The position numbers were made by a program, and so were the translations under genes. DNA of 43,880 nucleotides, from positions 16,308,150 through 16,352,029 of the forward strand of contig JBOZIK010000001.1 of assembly GCA_051453625.1 (NCBI GenBank), in the 5' to 3' direction. The stretch comes from Welwitschia mirabilis (Eukaryota). Each line of letters starts with the position of its first letter. Positions within the stretch are counted from its first letter, which is position 1. Shown here in pieces: positions 1 through 11,601 of this stretch. The notes beneath the pieces were generated by a model. It made no database searches, was not told where the DNA came from, and saw only the letters and a program-made list of their open reading frames with translations.

Positions 1-1202
1 ATGTCTACCTAATAAGAGACATTTGCCATTTCAAAGACATATATCCTAAAAATTTGTAAAAAAATAAAATATCTATTAAATACCTAAATCTTAGTCATTT
101 CTATCCATTATACAATAGTTACATGTTTTCAAATGGCTATCTCTCTAGAGAAACATCATGAAAAACATCAAAAGTATAAAGAACACAAAGAGAGGAAAAA
201 ATAAATATGTTCATAGGTGATTGATGCTACACACATAGATTTTAGCTATCTTTTACAAAAGACTATTTAATGNNNNNNNNNNACATTACTTGATCATTAA
301 CTCTAATAAAGCTACATCACTCTGATTTTTAAACTCATGGATGATAATAACAAGGAAGAACTGAAGTAATTCATCAAAGAGACATATTTTTAGGCTAGTT
401 GTTTTATTAATTATCATTATTTATTATAACTTAAATTATAGGACTATTATATTTTTGAATACATTCATTATAGTCCATTTTTTATTTTTAATCATACGAT
501 CCCTTACTAGGGTTTCCATATTATAAGATAATTCTTGTATGATGTTCTTCTATAAGTACTTGTGAGTACATCCTTAAGGGGAAGATTGTGCTTTCTCGAT
601 NNNNNNNNNNNNNNNNNNNNNNNNNNNNNNNNNNNNNNNNNNNNNNNNNNNNNNNNNNNNNNNNNNNNNNNNNNNNNNNNNNNNNNNNNNNNNNNNNNNN
701 NNNNNNNNNNNNNNNNNNNNNNNNNNNNNNNNNNNNNNNNNNNNNNNNNNNNNNNNNNNNNNNNNNNNNNNNNNNNNNNNNNNNNNNNNNNNNNNNNNNN
801 NNNNNNNNNNNNNNNNNNNNNNNNNNNNNNNNNNNNNNNNNNNNNNNNNNNNNNNNNNNNNNNNNNNNNNNNNNNNNNNNNNNNNNNNNNNNNNNGTAAG
901 TGCTTTAGAGCATATTTTTATGATTGTTTTATTAAATATCCTTGACAAAAAGAGAGAGTTAACTTTATAGGAGCATATTTATTATATGTAAGATTGTTAA
1001 TGATTTTAAGTCACTATCTTATAGTTTTAGAATATCCAGAGTTATGAAATGAAGCTATCCTCTGTGTGTGGATATACCTAGGTTAGATAATGATGTTAAA
1101 TCTGGTAAGGTATTTATTATAAAAGTTTTAATTTATTTTAAGTAGAATTTATTTTTAATAGATGTTATTTATCCCTTCCATCTAAGTTCAACAATTCTCA
1201 AT

Positions 1203-1214
1203 TGGTATTAGAAT
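1203..1214 (+). other. Degenerate tRNA-iMet primer-binding site of copia element
   Basis: TGGTATTAGAAT (consensus TGGTATCAGAGC) follows ...TTCTCA-AT (LTR-like CA end at 1200) and lies 50 bp before the gag ATG at 1253. Confidence 0.7.
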
Positions 1215-1252
1215 AGGTACTTACAAAAAAGGAATAACATCTTAAGTGAACT

Positions 1253-1958
1253 ATGGAAGGGATTCCATTTGTTAGATCTCCACTCTTTGATGGGACAAAC
1301 TATGCCTATTAGAAGATGAGGATATGGGTGTAGTTATAGCATTATAAGTTTCAAGTTTGGTAAAGCATTGAAGATGGATACTTAAGATCTACAAAGTCAT
1401 AATAGATGCTATAGCAAGTTTCATTATGAAAATCAAACCTATAAGAAATTAAAAAGATGAAGAAAAGGAAGATTTCATTTACAACTTAAAAGAAAAGAGT
1501 GCTATCTACTCAATCCTTATAATGAAGGAATTTAATAGAATAACTGGATGCAAAGCTACATAAGAAATATGGAATGTTCTAGTAAAAACACATGAAGGAA
1601 TCTCCATTATCAAGAAAATAAAACTTCTTTTCTAGAAACATTAGTTTAAATATCTAAAGATAAACAATGAAGAAAGAGAACATGAATACTTCATAAGACT
1701 TTCCAACATAGTAAATGTTATACATGACATTGGTAACAGTCTTCCTAAGGCCAAGGTAATTTAAAAGGTTATTAGATCCTTAACTCTAGAATATAGGTCA
1801 AACACAGTAAACATGGGAGAATTAAGAGATTTTACCTTAATAAAAGTTAAATAATTACAAAGTGCTCTAACAACTTATGAGATGAATGTTATTCAAGATG
1901 GTGCTTAAAAGAAAAGCCTATTTATCTTAAAGCCAGTGAAAATATAAGGCAAGTTTCA
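1253..1958 (+). pseudogene. gag: Ty1/copia (SIRE-like) gag, N-terminal part, decayed
   Basis: Manual translation MEGIPFVRSPLFDGTNYAY*KMRI (copia gag PxFDGxNYxYWKxRM motif), EIWNVLVKTHEG, LTTYEM; stops and frameshifts. Confidence 0.9.
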
Positions 1959-1983
1959 GAGAGAGAGAGAGAGGGAGGGAGGG

Positions 1984-2048
<65 letters not shown>
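1959..2048. repeat. (GA)n microsatellite with GGGA interruption, running into a 100-N gap
   Basis: Directly visible. Confidence 0.98.
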
Positions 2049-2429
2049 NNNNNNNNNNNNNNNNNNNNNNNNNNNNNNNNNNNNNNNNNNNNNNNNNNNN
2101 NNNNNNNNNNNNNNNNNNNNNNNNNNNNNNNNNNNNNNNNNNNNNNNNATTTATCATGGTACATGAACCAACTTTGTATACTGACCCTACTCAAACACAC
2201 TATCTTAAGTTTGAGGATGAAGAACACACTGACTGGTGAAAAACTCAACATATTTACTCAATATAAAAAATGTTGTAAAGTATCATCCCATGATTGTCGT
2301 CCCCACAATAGATGAGACAACAGCTAAAAATATTAGAACTAAAGAAATTACCATAAGGTTTAAAATATATTTTTCTATCTAAAATTAAATGAAACCCTTA
2401 ATAATAAGTGACCTTTTCACTCCTTGATA

Positions 2430-5100
2430 AGAATCAAACTGGATCTCACTCTTAAATTCAAAATAAAATGCCTTTGCTTGGATACATAAAGACTTAGTTG
2501 GTATTCCTCTTTCCATAGTTCAACACAAGATTTACATTGAAGATAGTGCTAAACCTGTTAGGTAGCCCCAAAAAAGGCTCAATCTAGCCCTTAAAGAAAT
2601 CATTAAAGATGAAATTATTAAATTTATGGATGCCAGAATCATATATGCCATATCCTATAGTGAGTGAGTTAGTCCTTTAATAGTAGTTTCAAAGAAGGAG
2701 GGGAATGAAGAATGTGCATCGATTTTAGAAAACTTAATGAGATCACTAAGAAGGATCATTACCCTTTACCTTTTCTTGATTATGTACTTAATAAAATATA
2801 AGATTATGCCTGCTATTATTTTCTTGATGGGTATAGTGGCTATAATCAAATTTGTATAACAAGTAAAAACTAAGCTAAAATAAATTTCACCTCACCCTTT
2901 GGAACCTTTGTTTTTAGATGAATGCCCTTTGGACTTTGCAATGCCCCTGGAATCTTCTCACAAGCTATGATGGGGATATTTCTAACATGATATAGGACTT
3001 TATTAAAATCTTTATGGATGACTTCTCCATTTTTTGTGACACTTTTGAACAAACCATATAGATATTAGAGGAAGTTTTAAATCAATGTATAGAGAGTGGC
3101 TTAATTTAAGTTGGGAAAAGAGTTTAGTTCTTCTCAATTATAGAATTGTTTTAGGAAATTACATTTTGAAAGAATGGATTAGGATGAACTACATAAAAGT
3201 TAATATCATTAAAAATCTTAGCCCTCCAACTAATATCAAATAAGTTAGATCTTTCCTTAATCATGCTGATTTTTATAAATGTTTTATTCATGATTATACC
3301 AGAATTTATAAATCACTTTAGTCCTTACTTGAAAAAGATGCTAAATTTGATTGAAATGATTCATGTCAACTTGCATTTAAAACTCTTAAAGAAAACATTT
3401 CTTCTAAACCTATTGTCATGAGTCCTAATTAGAGTAAATATTTTAAACTTATGTGTGATGTAAATAATATTGTTGAGGATGGGGTTCTTGGCTAGAAGTA
3501 TGAAAATGATTTTAAAGTTATATGTTATCTTAATAAAACTTTGTCCCAAGTGTAATCCAATTACACTACTATCAAGAGATAAATGCTTGCCATTATCTTT
3601 TTCCTAGATCATCTTGAAGATTATCTTCTTGGCTTTCACATCAATGTTTATATAGATCATGCAACCATCCATTATCTTATGACTAAAAATGATTCTAGTA
3701 CTAGACTTATTAGGTGGATTCTTTTCATGTAAGAATTCAATCTCACCATCATTGATAAAGCTAGAAAACATAATAGTATTGTCAATCATCTATCTCGGCT
3801 TTCTTTTTCTCATGATGAACTTTTCATAAATGAGTCTTTTCTAGATGAATAATTCTTTGTGATAAAGCTACTTTATGCTATTTTGTCTACTCATCTTTCT
3901 CCTTGATATGCTGATATTATGAACTACCTTATTACTATAAAAACTCCTCAGCATTAGAATCATAACCAATGTAAATATTTTCTCCATAGGATTGGTTACT
4001 ATGAGTGGAATGAATCTCATCTTTATAGACATTACAAAGATCAAATCATGCATAAGTTTATACCTAAGTGGAAAAGCTTAAAAATCCTAAAACTTTACAT
4101 AATGGAATATGTGGGGGATACTTTAATGAGCAAAACACTACCATGAAAATTCTTTTCTCTAGTTTTTATAGGTCTAATTTTCCTTTTCTAGAAGGTGTGA
4201 TACATGTTAATGTTATGGTAGCCTAGCTCATTCTCAAGATAGTCTCAATTATACCACCTTCTCATGACAAAAATTATATCCTTGTAGTTGTTGATTATAT
4301 TACTAAGTAGGTATAAGCTATTCATACTACTAAAAATGATGCCCAAACCATTTGTAATTTTTCTTTGAACTCATATCTTTTAATGTTCTGGTTTTTCATA
4401 AATCATCATTATTGATCAAGGAACTCATTTCATTAACCACATTTTTCAAAAACTGCTTTTGTCTATTAGTATTTAACATAGAATTACATGTGCCTATCAT
4501 CCTCAAACTAATGGCCAAGCCAAAAACACAAATAGAGAATTAAAAAGATGCTCCAAAAATTAATCTCTATTAATAGGAAAACATGGTCCTCTAAACTTAA
4601 TGATTTTCATTGGGATTACCATACTACTTAGTATAACTCTCTAGGTTTCTCACCAAATAAACTTGAGCATGGAAAAGTTTGTGTTTTGTCAGCTGATGTT
4701 TACTATAACTCTTATCAATTCATCCATTAACTTAAACTTGTATACTTGGATGAAAATCTTAGAATTTAATTATCCAAACTTGATCATTTATATGAAAAAC
4801 ATAATCATGTTTTACATCATCAACTCATTCATAAATCTCAAATCATGTTTAGACATGATAAAAAGATTATTCATAAGTAATTTAGACCTAGTTAACTTAT
4901 CATTTTGTATAACACTTGAGTACACCTTTTACATAACAAGTTAACTTCTAAATGGATAGGTATTTATCTTATTAAAAAAGTATATTCAAATGGATTAATC
5001 AAAATATCTAATTAAAACACTAGAGAAATTCAAAATGTTAATGGACAAAGGTTAAAAATTTATGAGTTATCTTCTAATGAAATTTTGAACATAATAGAAG
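2430..5100 (+). pseudogene. pol: Ty3/gypsy Athila-type pol (RT-RNaseH-integrase), decayed, no LTRs visible
   Basis: RT: AFAW..DLVGI, DFRKLNEITKKDHYPLPFLD, FLDGYSGYNQI, MPFGLCNAPG, FMDDFSI. RNaseH: MCD, NYTT, YIDHA, RLIRWILF. INT: YILVVVDYITK*V, IIDQGTHF, AYHPQTNGQA, KLTSKWIG, VNGQRLKIY. Confidence 0.95.
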
Positions 5101-5488
5101 CACTTGTTTTGGAAGCCCTTCTAAATTATAAGAACCTTCCTCTTCTCATTGTCTAAATTCCTTCTTAACTTATTTCTTAGATAAACATAATGTTATCACT
5201 TGAATATCTTTAACTTAACTTATGTATCACTTATGAAGTTTTCATAATTAGTAATATTTTACTTAAGAATTTGAGATGATAAGATGGGATTCATCTAATT
5301 TTTAGGCATTTGCATATCTATGAACTTCATTTTAAAGGAATATGACTTATTTCTTTTGTTCTCTTTCAATAGTATGATTAATTAGTTGGTTTTGAATGTT
5401 TTTACTTTGTTACTTATCTCATTACTTCACTTTTATTCTTTTAAGTACTTAGTAATGTGGAATGTTACTTTCAGAAAAAAAAATACAC

Positions 5489-5526
5489 GAGAGAGAGAGG
5501 GAGGGAGGAAGGGAGAGAGAGAGAGA
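5489..5526. repeat. GA/GGGA microsatellite resembling the one at 1959
   Basis: GAGAGAGAGAGGGAGGGAGGAAGGGAGAGAGAGAGAGA. Confidence 0.95.
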
Positions 5527-7928
5527 ATGATTAGATGGATACGACTTTAAAGATGATGTGGATGAAGAAATACTCTCATCAAAAGATGAGTCAAAATATT
5601 TCTTTCATGAAAGAATAACAAAAAGGACGACTATCAAAAATCATTTGAATTTCAAGATTGAGATAGATCTAAAAGTAAAACTTCTAGTAGCTTTTTATTT
5701 TCCTACAAGTTTGATATTTACAAGTTTGAATGTTGGATTTATAGAGGATAAGGAAGCATAGCCTTAGAATGTTCTAGATCTAAATGATTGTAGAAATAAG
5801 AATGAAAGAAAGAGTATAAAAAAAGAAGATATTTCTTCATAGGATGAGATGATGATAACGATGCAACTGAAGTAGAAACATTTGATGATGAAAAATCTCA
5901 TTCATCCTACATGGCCATTGTATATATTAAAAAGGAAAGTGATGAAAGAAAAGAAGAATCTAAGTTAGACAGTGAAGGTGAAATAAATATAAAACATTAA
6001 GATAGATATGATTTAATTTTAGAAGAATTCATTAAGTTTCAAAACATATGTTCTAAAATGAAAAGATTACTTCATTCCTGTGAATTAGCATATGAACAAG
6101 AAAGAGGTTCTTGCAATAGGTTATCATCTGAAAACTCACTTCTTAGAGTTAAGATTAGTAAAATAATGTATGAATTAAAGCATGTTTGATAAGAACTTTT
6201 TGACTCAAAAAGAATCAATGATAAGTTTACTCAACAAACGAAGACCTTAAATATCATGCTTGAATAGTGTAAAAGCTAAATAATAAAAGTGGTTTAGCTT
6301 ATAATAAAGCCTCCATTATTACTTTAGCTTCTTTGTTCAATAAATGGATCTACAATTCAAGGTAGTAGCACATAGTTTATACCAATAATATTATCTACAT
6401 TATTGCTATAAATGGGGTTATTATTAAAATATCTAATTAAATTAAAAACCATATATTATACTAATAATGTTAAAAGCTTAAGAAGTAAGTTACAATGTTC
6501 TATGTAGGATAAACCAAAGAAATTATGAATTCCAAAATTAAAACTAGTCCTATTAGCTTAGATTACACTATGAGTAGTAAAGAAATATGTCTAGTATGTT
6601 GATAGTAGGGATTCAAGGCATATGACTAGAGATAAATATAGCTTTATCACTTTAGTAGATCAAGATAAAAGAGTGGTCACTTTGGCAAGAATACATAGGG
6701 ACTTATCAGAGGTATTGAAACCCTTAAAGAAGGTAACATATCTAAGGTAAAATATGTTTTCTTTGTAGAAGTATTGCAGCATAATCGTTTAAGCATTAAT
6801 CAATTATGCGATGCAAATTTTTATATCACTTTTCTGAAAAATGATTGTGTTATTAAAGAACATAACTTAATAAAAGTCTTATTTGATAGAATTAGAAAAT
6901 ATAATGTCTACATAACTACTTTATAAGACATTTCTAAGAAGGAAATCAAGTGTTTGTTAAGTACTATAGGTGAGATGGAGTTATGGTAGAAGAAGCTTAG
7001 ATACATAAACAAATACTTATTAAAAATCTTATCCACAAAAGAAATTTTTTTTAAGCTTATGCAAGATAAGTTTAAAATAAGTCTTATAAGAGAAATGAAT
7101 AACTTTTTGGGGCTTCAATGATGTAACACAAAGAATGTACATTCATTTCTCAAATTAATTATGTTAAAAATCTTCTAGCTAAGTATGGCTTATAGGATTG
7201 TAAGGCTAAATATATTCCAATGGATTAAAGCACACAACTAGATTAATAAAAACATGGTAAGAAGATTAATCAAAAGCTATACAAAGGTATGATCGATAGT
7301 TTATTATATCTTACTTTTAGTAAGCCTGATATCATTTTGAGTGTAGGGTTTTGTGATCATTATCAAAGTGATCTTAGAGAATCACATCTTATAGTAGTTA
7401 AAATAATTTTTCACTATCTAAAAGATACTACTAATTAGAGCCTTTAGTATTTAAAGGACTCCTCCTTGATCTAGTTAGGTATTGTGATGTAGATTAGGTA
7501 GGATGCAAGGATGATAAAAGAAGCACAAGTGGAATCTGCTTCTTACTTAGACAATGTCTAGTATCTTGGAATACTAAAAAATAAAACTCAACTACTCTCT
7601 TAACTACTAAGGTTAAACACATTACTGCTAGAAGTTGTTGTGTTTAGCTACTTTGGATGATGCAAGATTTAAAGATTTTAGACTATTCTTGGAGAGAATT
7701 TCCATCTTTTGTGATAATAAAAGTACTATTAAAATCTTGAAAAATCCAATACAACATACAAGAATCAAACATATCAAGATCAGACATTATTTTCTCAGAG
7801 ACTATGTATAAAACAAGGATATCCTATTGCAATACATTAATATTAATAATTAATTCTCTAATGTCTTCACTAAATCACTAAGTGATGAAAGGTTTACTGA
7901 ATTATGCAAAAACTTATGCCTTACTTAA
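5527..7928 (+). pseudogene. Continuation of copia (SIRE-like) gag-pol: Zn knuckle, protease, GAG-pre-integrase, C-terminal RT, RNaseH; integrase and N-terminal RT deleted
   Basis: ECWIYRG*GSIALEC (decayed CCHC, ~5725), *YVDSRDSRHMTRD (protease WYLDSGCSRHMTGD, ~6592), LW*KKLRYIN (~6981). Then directly KLMQDKFKISLIREMNNFLGLQ, YKGMIDSLLYLTFSKPDI, GYCDVD*VGCKDDKRSTSG, FCDNKSTI, RIKHIKIRHYFLRD, VFTKSL. Confidence 0.93.
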
Positions 7929-8337
7929 TTAGGTAAGTGATCAGGTAATCTCAACTCTACATTATGATATTCTATGAGTTGAGATTGTAAATTAGACCCT
8001 AAAATAGTACATTATATGTATCTTACTATCACATCCATACTTTTAAAAGAACCAAAGATTTAGCTTAATAATTAATTAGAATAATTTTATTATTATATAT
8101 CTTCAAACTATTATAGATTTTATGCTTATTAAAATGACATTATATTATGGAAGATTTTGTGCTTTTAAGTCCTTCATTTTATAAAATTTATAATATTGCT
8201 TTATAATACTTAAGAATGATCTTTAGTAATTGCATCAATATTATTTTTCTTGTGTGATTGTTGCACTTTTCTTAATTTTACATGGAAAAATACTATTATG
8301 TAATGGCTCATTTAATAATCCTTTGTTATAATTGCAT

Positions 8338-9105
8338 GTGATAGAATAAAATGTGTTTTTATTTACTATGATGAATAGGTGTTATGAAATCTCCATGATG
8401 ATTACCACCTCCATCTCATGATGGTATCTCTTTGTATTCTTTAGTCTTCTCATTTCCCCACATCCTCATGTTATAAATAGGACTTCTCTCTCCTCGTATT
8501 TCAAATATCTTTGAGAATTCTTATAATTGAATCTTAGCAATTTCAACTTAAAGCTTAAAAAACCCTAGATCTTTGGAATCTTGAAGGAGTCTTAGATTGT
8601 CTAGATACTACAATCATTTACATCTATAATCCTTTATTGAAAAAGCAACCTTTGATATGAAATAATAAAATTATTTGTACTATTACCGTTGACTATTGTT
8701 CAATTCATATAAGGACTTATTATATTTATTGATATGATTTTTCTTATCTTTTGCAATAACTTACTTTTAATACTTCATTTAGATATATTTTCTAATTAAT
8801 CATGTAAGAAAGCTATTTTTACATCCATCTATTCTAGAATAGGATTATTTATTATAGCTAAAGCCAAATTGATTTAATTAATGCTAAATTTTCTACTAGT
8901 ACAAATACATCAGAGACATGTATTCACATTTTATAAAGATAAACTTTATCAATCAATCTTGATTTAAATTTATCAATGAGTCCTAGTATATCATGCTTTA
9001 CTTTGGAGAATAATCTACATTTTATGGCTTTTCTTCATTCTAGAATCTTTACCAACTCCCAAGTTTAATTATTTAAGGTACATTGCATACTTTATTTTAT
9101 AGTTA
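8338..9105 (+). repeat. Probable LTR-like fragment that is the target of the large tandem insertion
   Basis: Starts with TG; TATAAATAGG at ~8472 followed by a pyrimidine tract; AAACCCTAG at ~8560. No second copy found in the window. Confidence 0.35.
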
Positions 9106-9430
9106 TATCATTTTCAAACTATTAAGGTTCAAATAATTAGCCTAAAAGTTTAATTAAAATAACTTTTTTTTGTTATAAATCCTTAATTTAGTTAAATTAT
9201 TGCATATACTTTAATATTTCTAGTGTGTAAATTTTTATTATAAAAATTCAATGCAATAAAATCTCACATTTTGAAGCAATTATATATTTTCCCTTGTTGA
9301 AAACTCTTATGATAAATTTTTGAAAATTTCTCTTTATTGTACTATTTGCATAATAAGAATTGATATTTATTGTTATTCTATTAATGCACCTAGTTACCTA
9401 GCAAGGAATGGAATAAGGGTGGTTACCAAA

Positions 9431-9620
9431 TCTTTACCAAATTTCACCACCTTAACCACCCTCCTTCATGATGTTTTTTTCTTGATATATATAGACTCTT
9501 TACTAAGTTTTACCACCTCATCCATCCTCCTTCATGACTTTTTTTCTTTATATATATAGGAATTTAGCAAATTTTACCATCTTAACCATCCTCATTTTTA
9601 ATGTTTGGTCTTCATATTCT
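9431..9620 (+). repeat. ~57-bp tandem repeat (about 3 units) inside the LTR; also present in LTRs B and C
   Basis: Unit like TCTTTACCAA(C/A)TTT(T/C)ACCA(C/T)CTTAACCA(C/T)CCTCCTTCATGATGTTTT...TATATATAGA; also at ~28220-28410 and ~37028-37220. Confidence 0.8.
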
Positions 9621-11042
9621 CATGACCCTATACCTTTTACTAAATTTTAGTTATAAATAAGATCCTCTCTTTTTTTTCCTTTACTTTCAATTTTGAGATG
9701 CCTTTGTTATTGAACTTTACAGCTTGGATAAGACTTCGAACCTTTGAGCCTTAGAATCTTTTAGAGTTTTTGAATCTTTATTTTAATGTAGTATGATTCA
9801 TTTTTTCTTTTGATGCCTTTGTATAGTCTCTATGGTTTTTTGATTACTTTTTGTATGGTTTATGCTTTTAATTACATTCTTCTATGATTTTTAATTTTTC
9901 ATTTATGTCTTACACAATCCTTATCTCTTACATCTCAAATAGCCTTATGTTTTGAATGATTTTAATTGTTATTAAATTCCTGTATGGTTATCCTTACATA
10001 TTATTTAAGAGTTGTTTACTTTGTTTGTACTTCATACACCTCATATTAGTGATTTTTTTGGGTACTTATATCATAACCCTTCTCTTATTGTTAATGCCTT
10101 GTGATGAGTTCTTGATTTAACTTGTTTTGATTATTGACCTTAGCTAATGACTTTTAAACAAGAAAACTAAAATTGACCAAGATAACTAGTTGTTTAAACT
10201 TTAAAGAGAGAGGCTCTTTGAAGGAAGTCCTAGAGCCATGAAACTAAACTTTTAGGATGAATAACGAAAATGTGACTAATCTACCATTTATCCCTTCTTG
10301 ATTGTGTGCAACTATATTACTAAAATATGTTATGAAATAATAGTAAAGAATATTAATTTAAGTAGAGCATCAATCTTTTTTAGATTATTCTTGATATTCC
10401 TTTTTACTTGAAACCCTTATCATTTCAACTCTTATCATGGACCATACTAGGAGCTATGAAGGTTATAGTTCTCACACCATATTGTTTGTGTTAAATAGAT
10501 GATTAAATGGAACACAAAAAAACTAATTTATCTTACCAAGGAGGGCATTTAGAAATGTTGATTTCATACTTTTACTTGAAACATTGTTAAAGTGAAGTGA
10601 TATTTTCATCTTTATACTTATAATATATTACATCTATTATTGAACTTTATCATATGACATTAATAAATGGTTTTAGGGAACCCTTAAGCCAGACAACAAT
10701 GGAGCAAAAGATAAATCAATAAAATGTAGCTCATCTTTTTTATTCATATGGAAGGGTTTAAATACCCTCAAAGTGTAATAAAATATAGATAGAATAGGGC
10801 ATCAGAAGAGGGAAATTAGGAGATCTTAAATATAGATAGTAATGAAAGAGAAGAATGGAAGAGAGAATAGGAGAGGAATGAGGAAGAGACGAGGAAGTTA
10901 TTATAACCACTCTTATAAAAACAAATACTTCTAATGCCCCATCTTGATGTTAAATTTGATGTGAAATTTAACATCATAATTGATATGAGATGGTTGGATC
11001 AAGCCTCCAACATAGCTTAAGTAACTAGGAACATTAACTTAG

Positions 11043-11170
11043 AATAAAATGGAATAGCTTGGAATAAAGTGAAATAACTTGAAACAACTTGGGATAACTC
11101 AGGAGAACTCGGGATAAAGTGGAGAACTTGGGATAACTTGGGATAAAGTGGAATAACTTGGGATAATTTA
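11043..11170. repeat. 10-bp tandem minisatellite (AACTTGGGAT-like, about a dozen degenerate units) in the 3' region of the gag-only element
   Basis: Units AACTTGGGAT, AAAGTGGAAT, AACTCGGGAT, AACTTGAAAC visible. Confidence 0.85.
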
Positions 11171-11302
11171 GACTAGGAACAATTAGAAGCTAGAAAGAAC
11201 TATATCGTATTGTGAAGTTGTTACTTCTTCAGGTCCAGGTTCAGTTTTTATTTCACTTATAAGATCTTGATTCTTTAGTTTTCTAGTGAGCAGGTCTCTT
11301 AC

Positions 11303-11601
11303 TTAATCAAAACAATTGATTACTTCATGTCCAGTACTTTTGCAATAGTAACAAGACCTGTTTCTATTATTTTGAGATTTAGCTTTGATACTCATCAAAG
11401 CTTCAGTTGTCATTTTTTTATGTTCCATTTTCCTAAACTCTTCAAGAAGAATGAAGATGGTGGCTTCAAGTGAAAATGGATCCTTCTTCAATGTAAAGAC
11501 AATGTGATCAAACTTGGATGGAAAACTATTAAGTAAGATGGCTTTGGCATCATCATCATCCACTTTAGCATTGATAGAAGAAAGTTGAGTTAAAATTGAT
11601 T
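11303..11601 (-). pseudogene. gag: Copia-type gag C-terminal part with CCHC zinc knuckle (upstream part lies in an N gap)
   Basis: LTQLSSINAKVDDDDAKAILLNSFPSKFDHIVFTL...LLEE (copia gag UBN2-like) followed by CYYCKSTGHEVINC (CX2CX4HX4C). Confidence 0.9.

Noticed and set aside
562-948. ORFs made mostly of X (also 1922-2251, 11590-12372, 39746-40411)
   Set aside because: Artefacts of N gaps and the (GA)n microsatellite; only the non-gap part of 11303-12340 (gag) is meaningful
11043-11170. Possible CRISPR-like array
   Set aside because: Contiguous degenerate 10-bp units without spacers, in a eukaryotic retroelement
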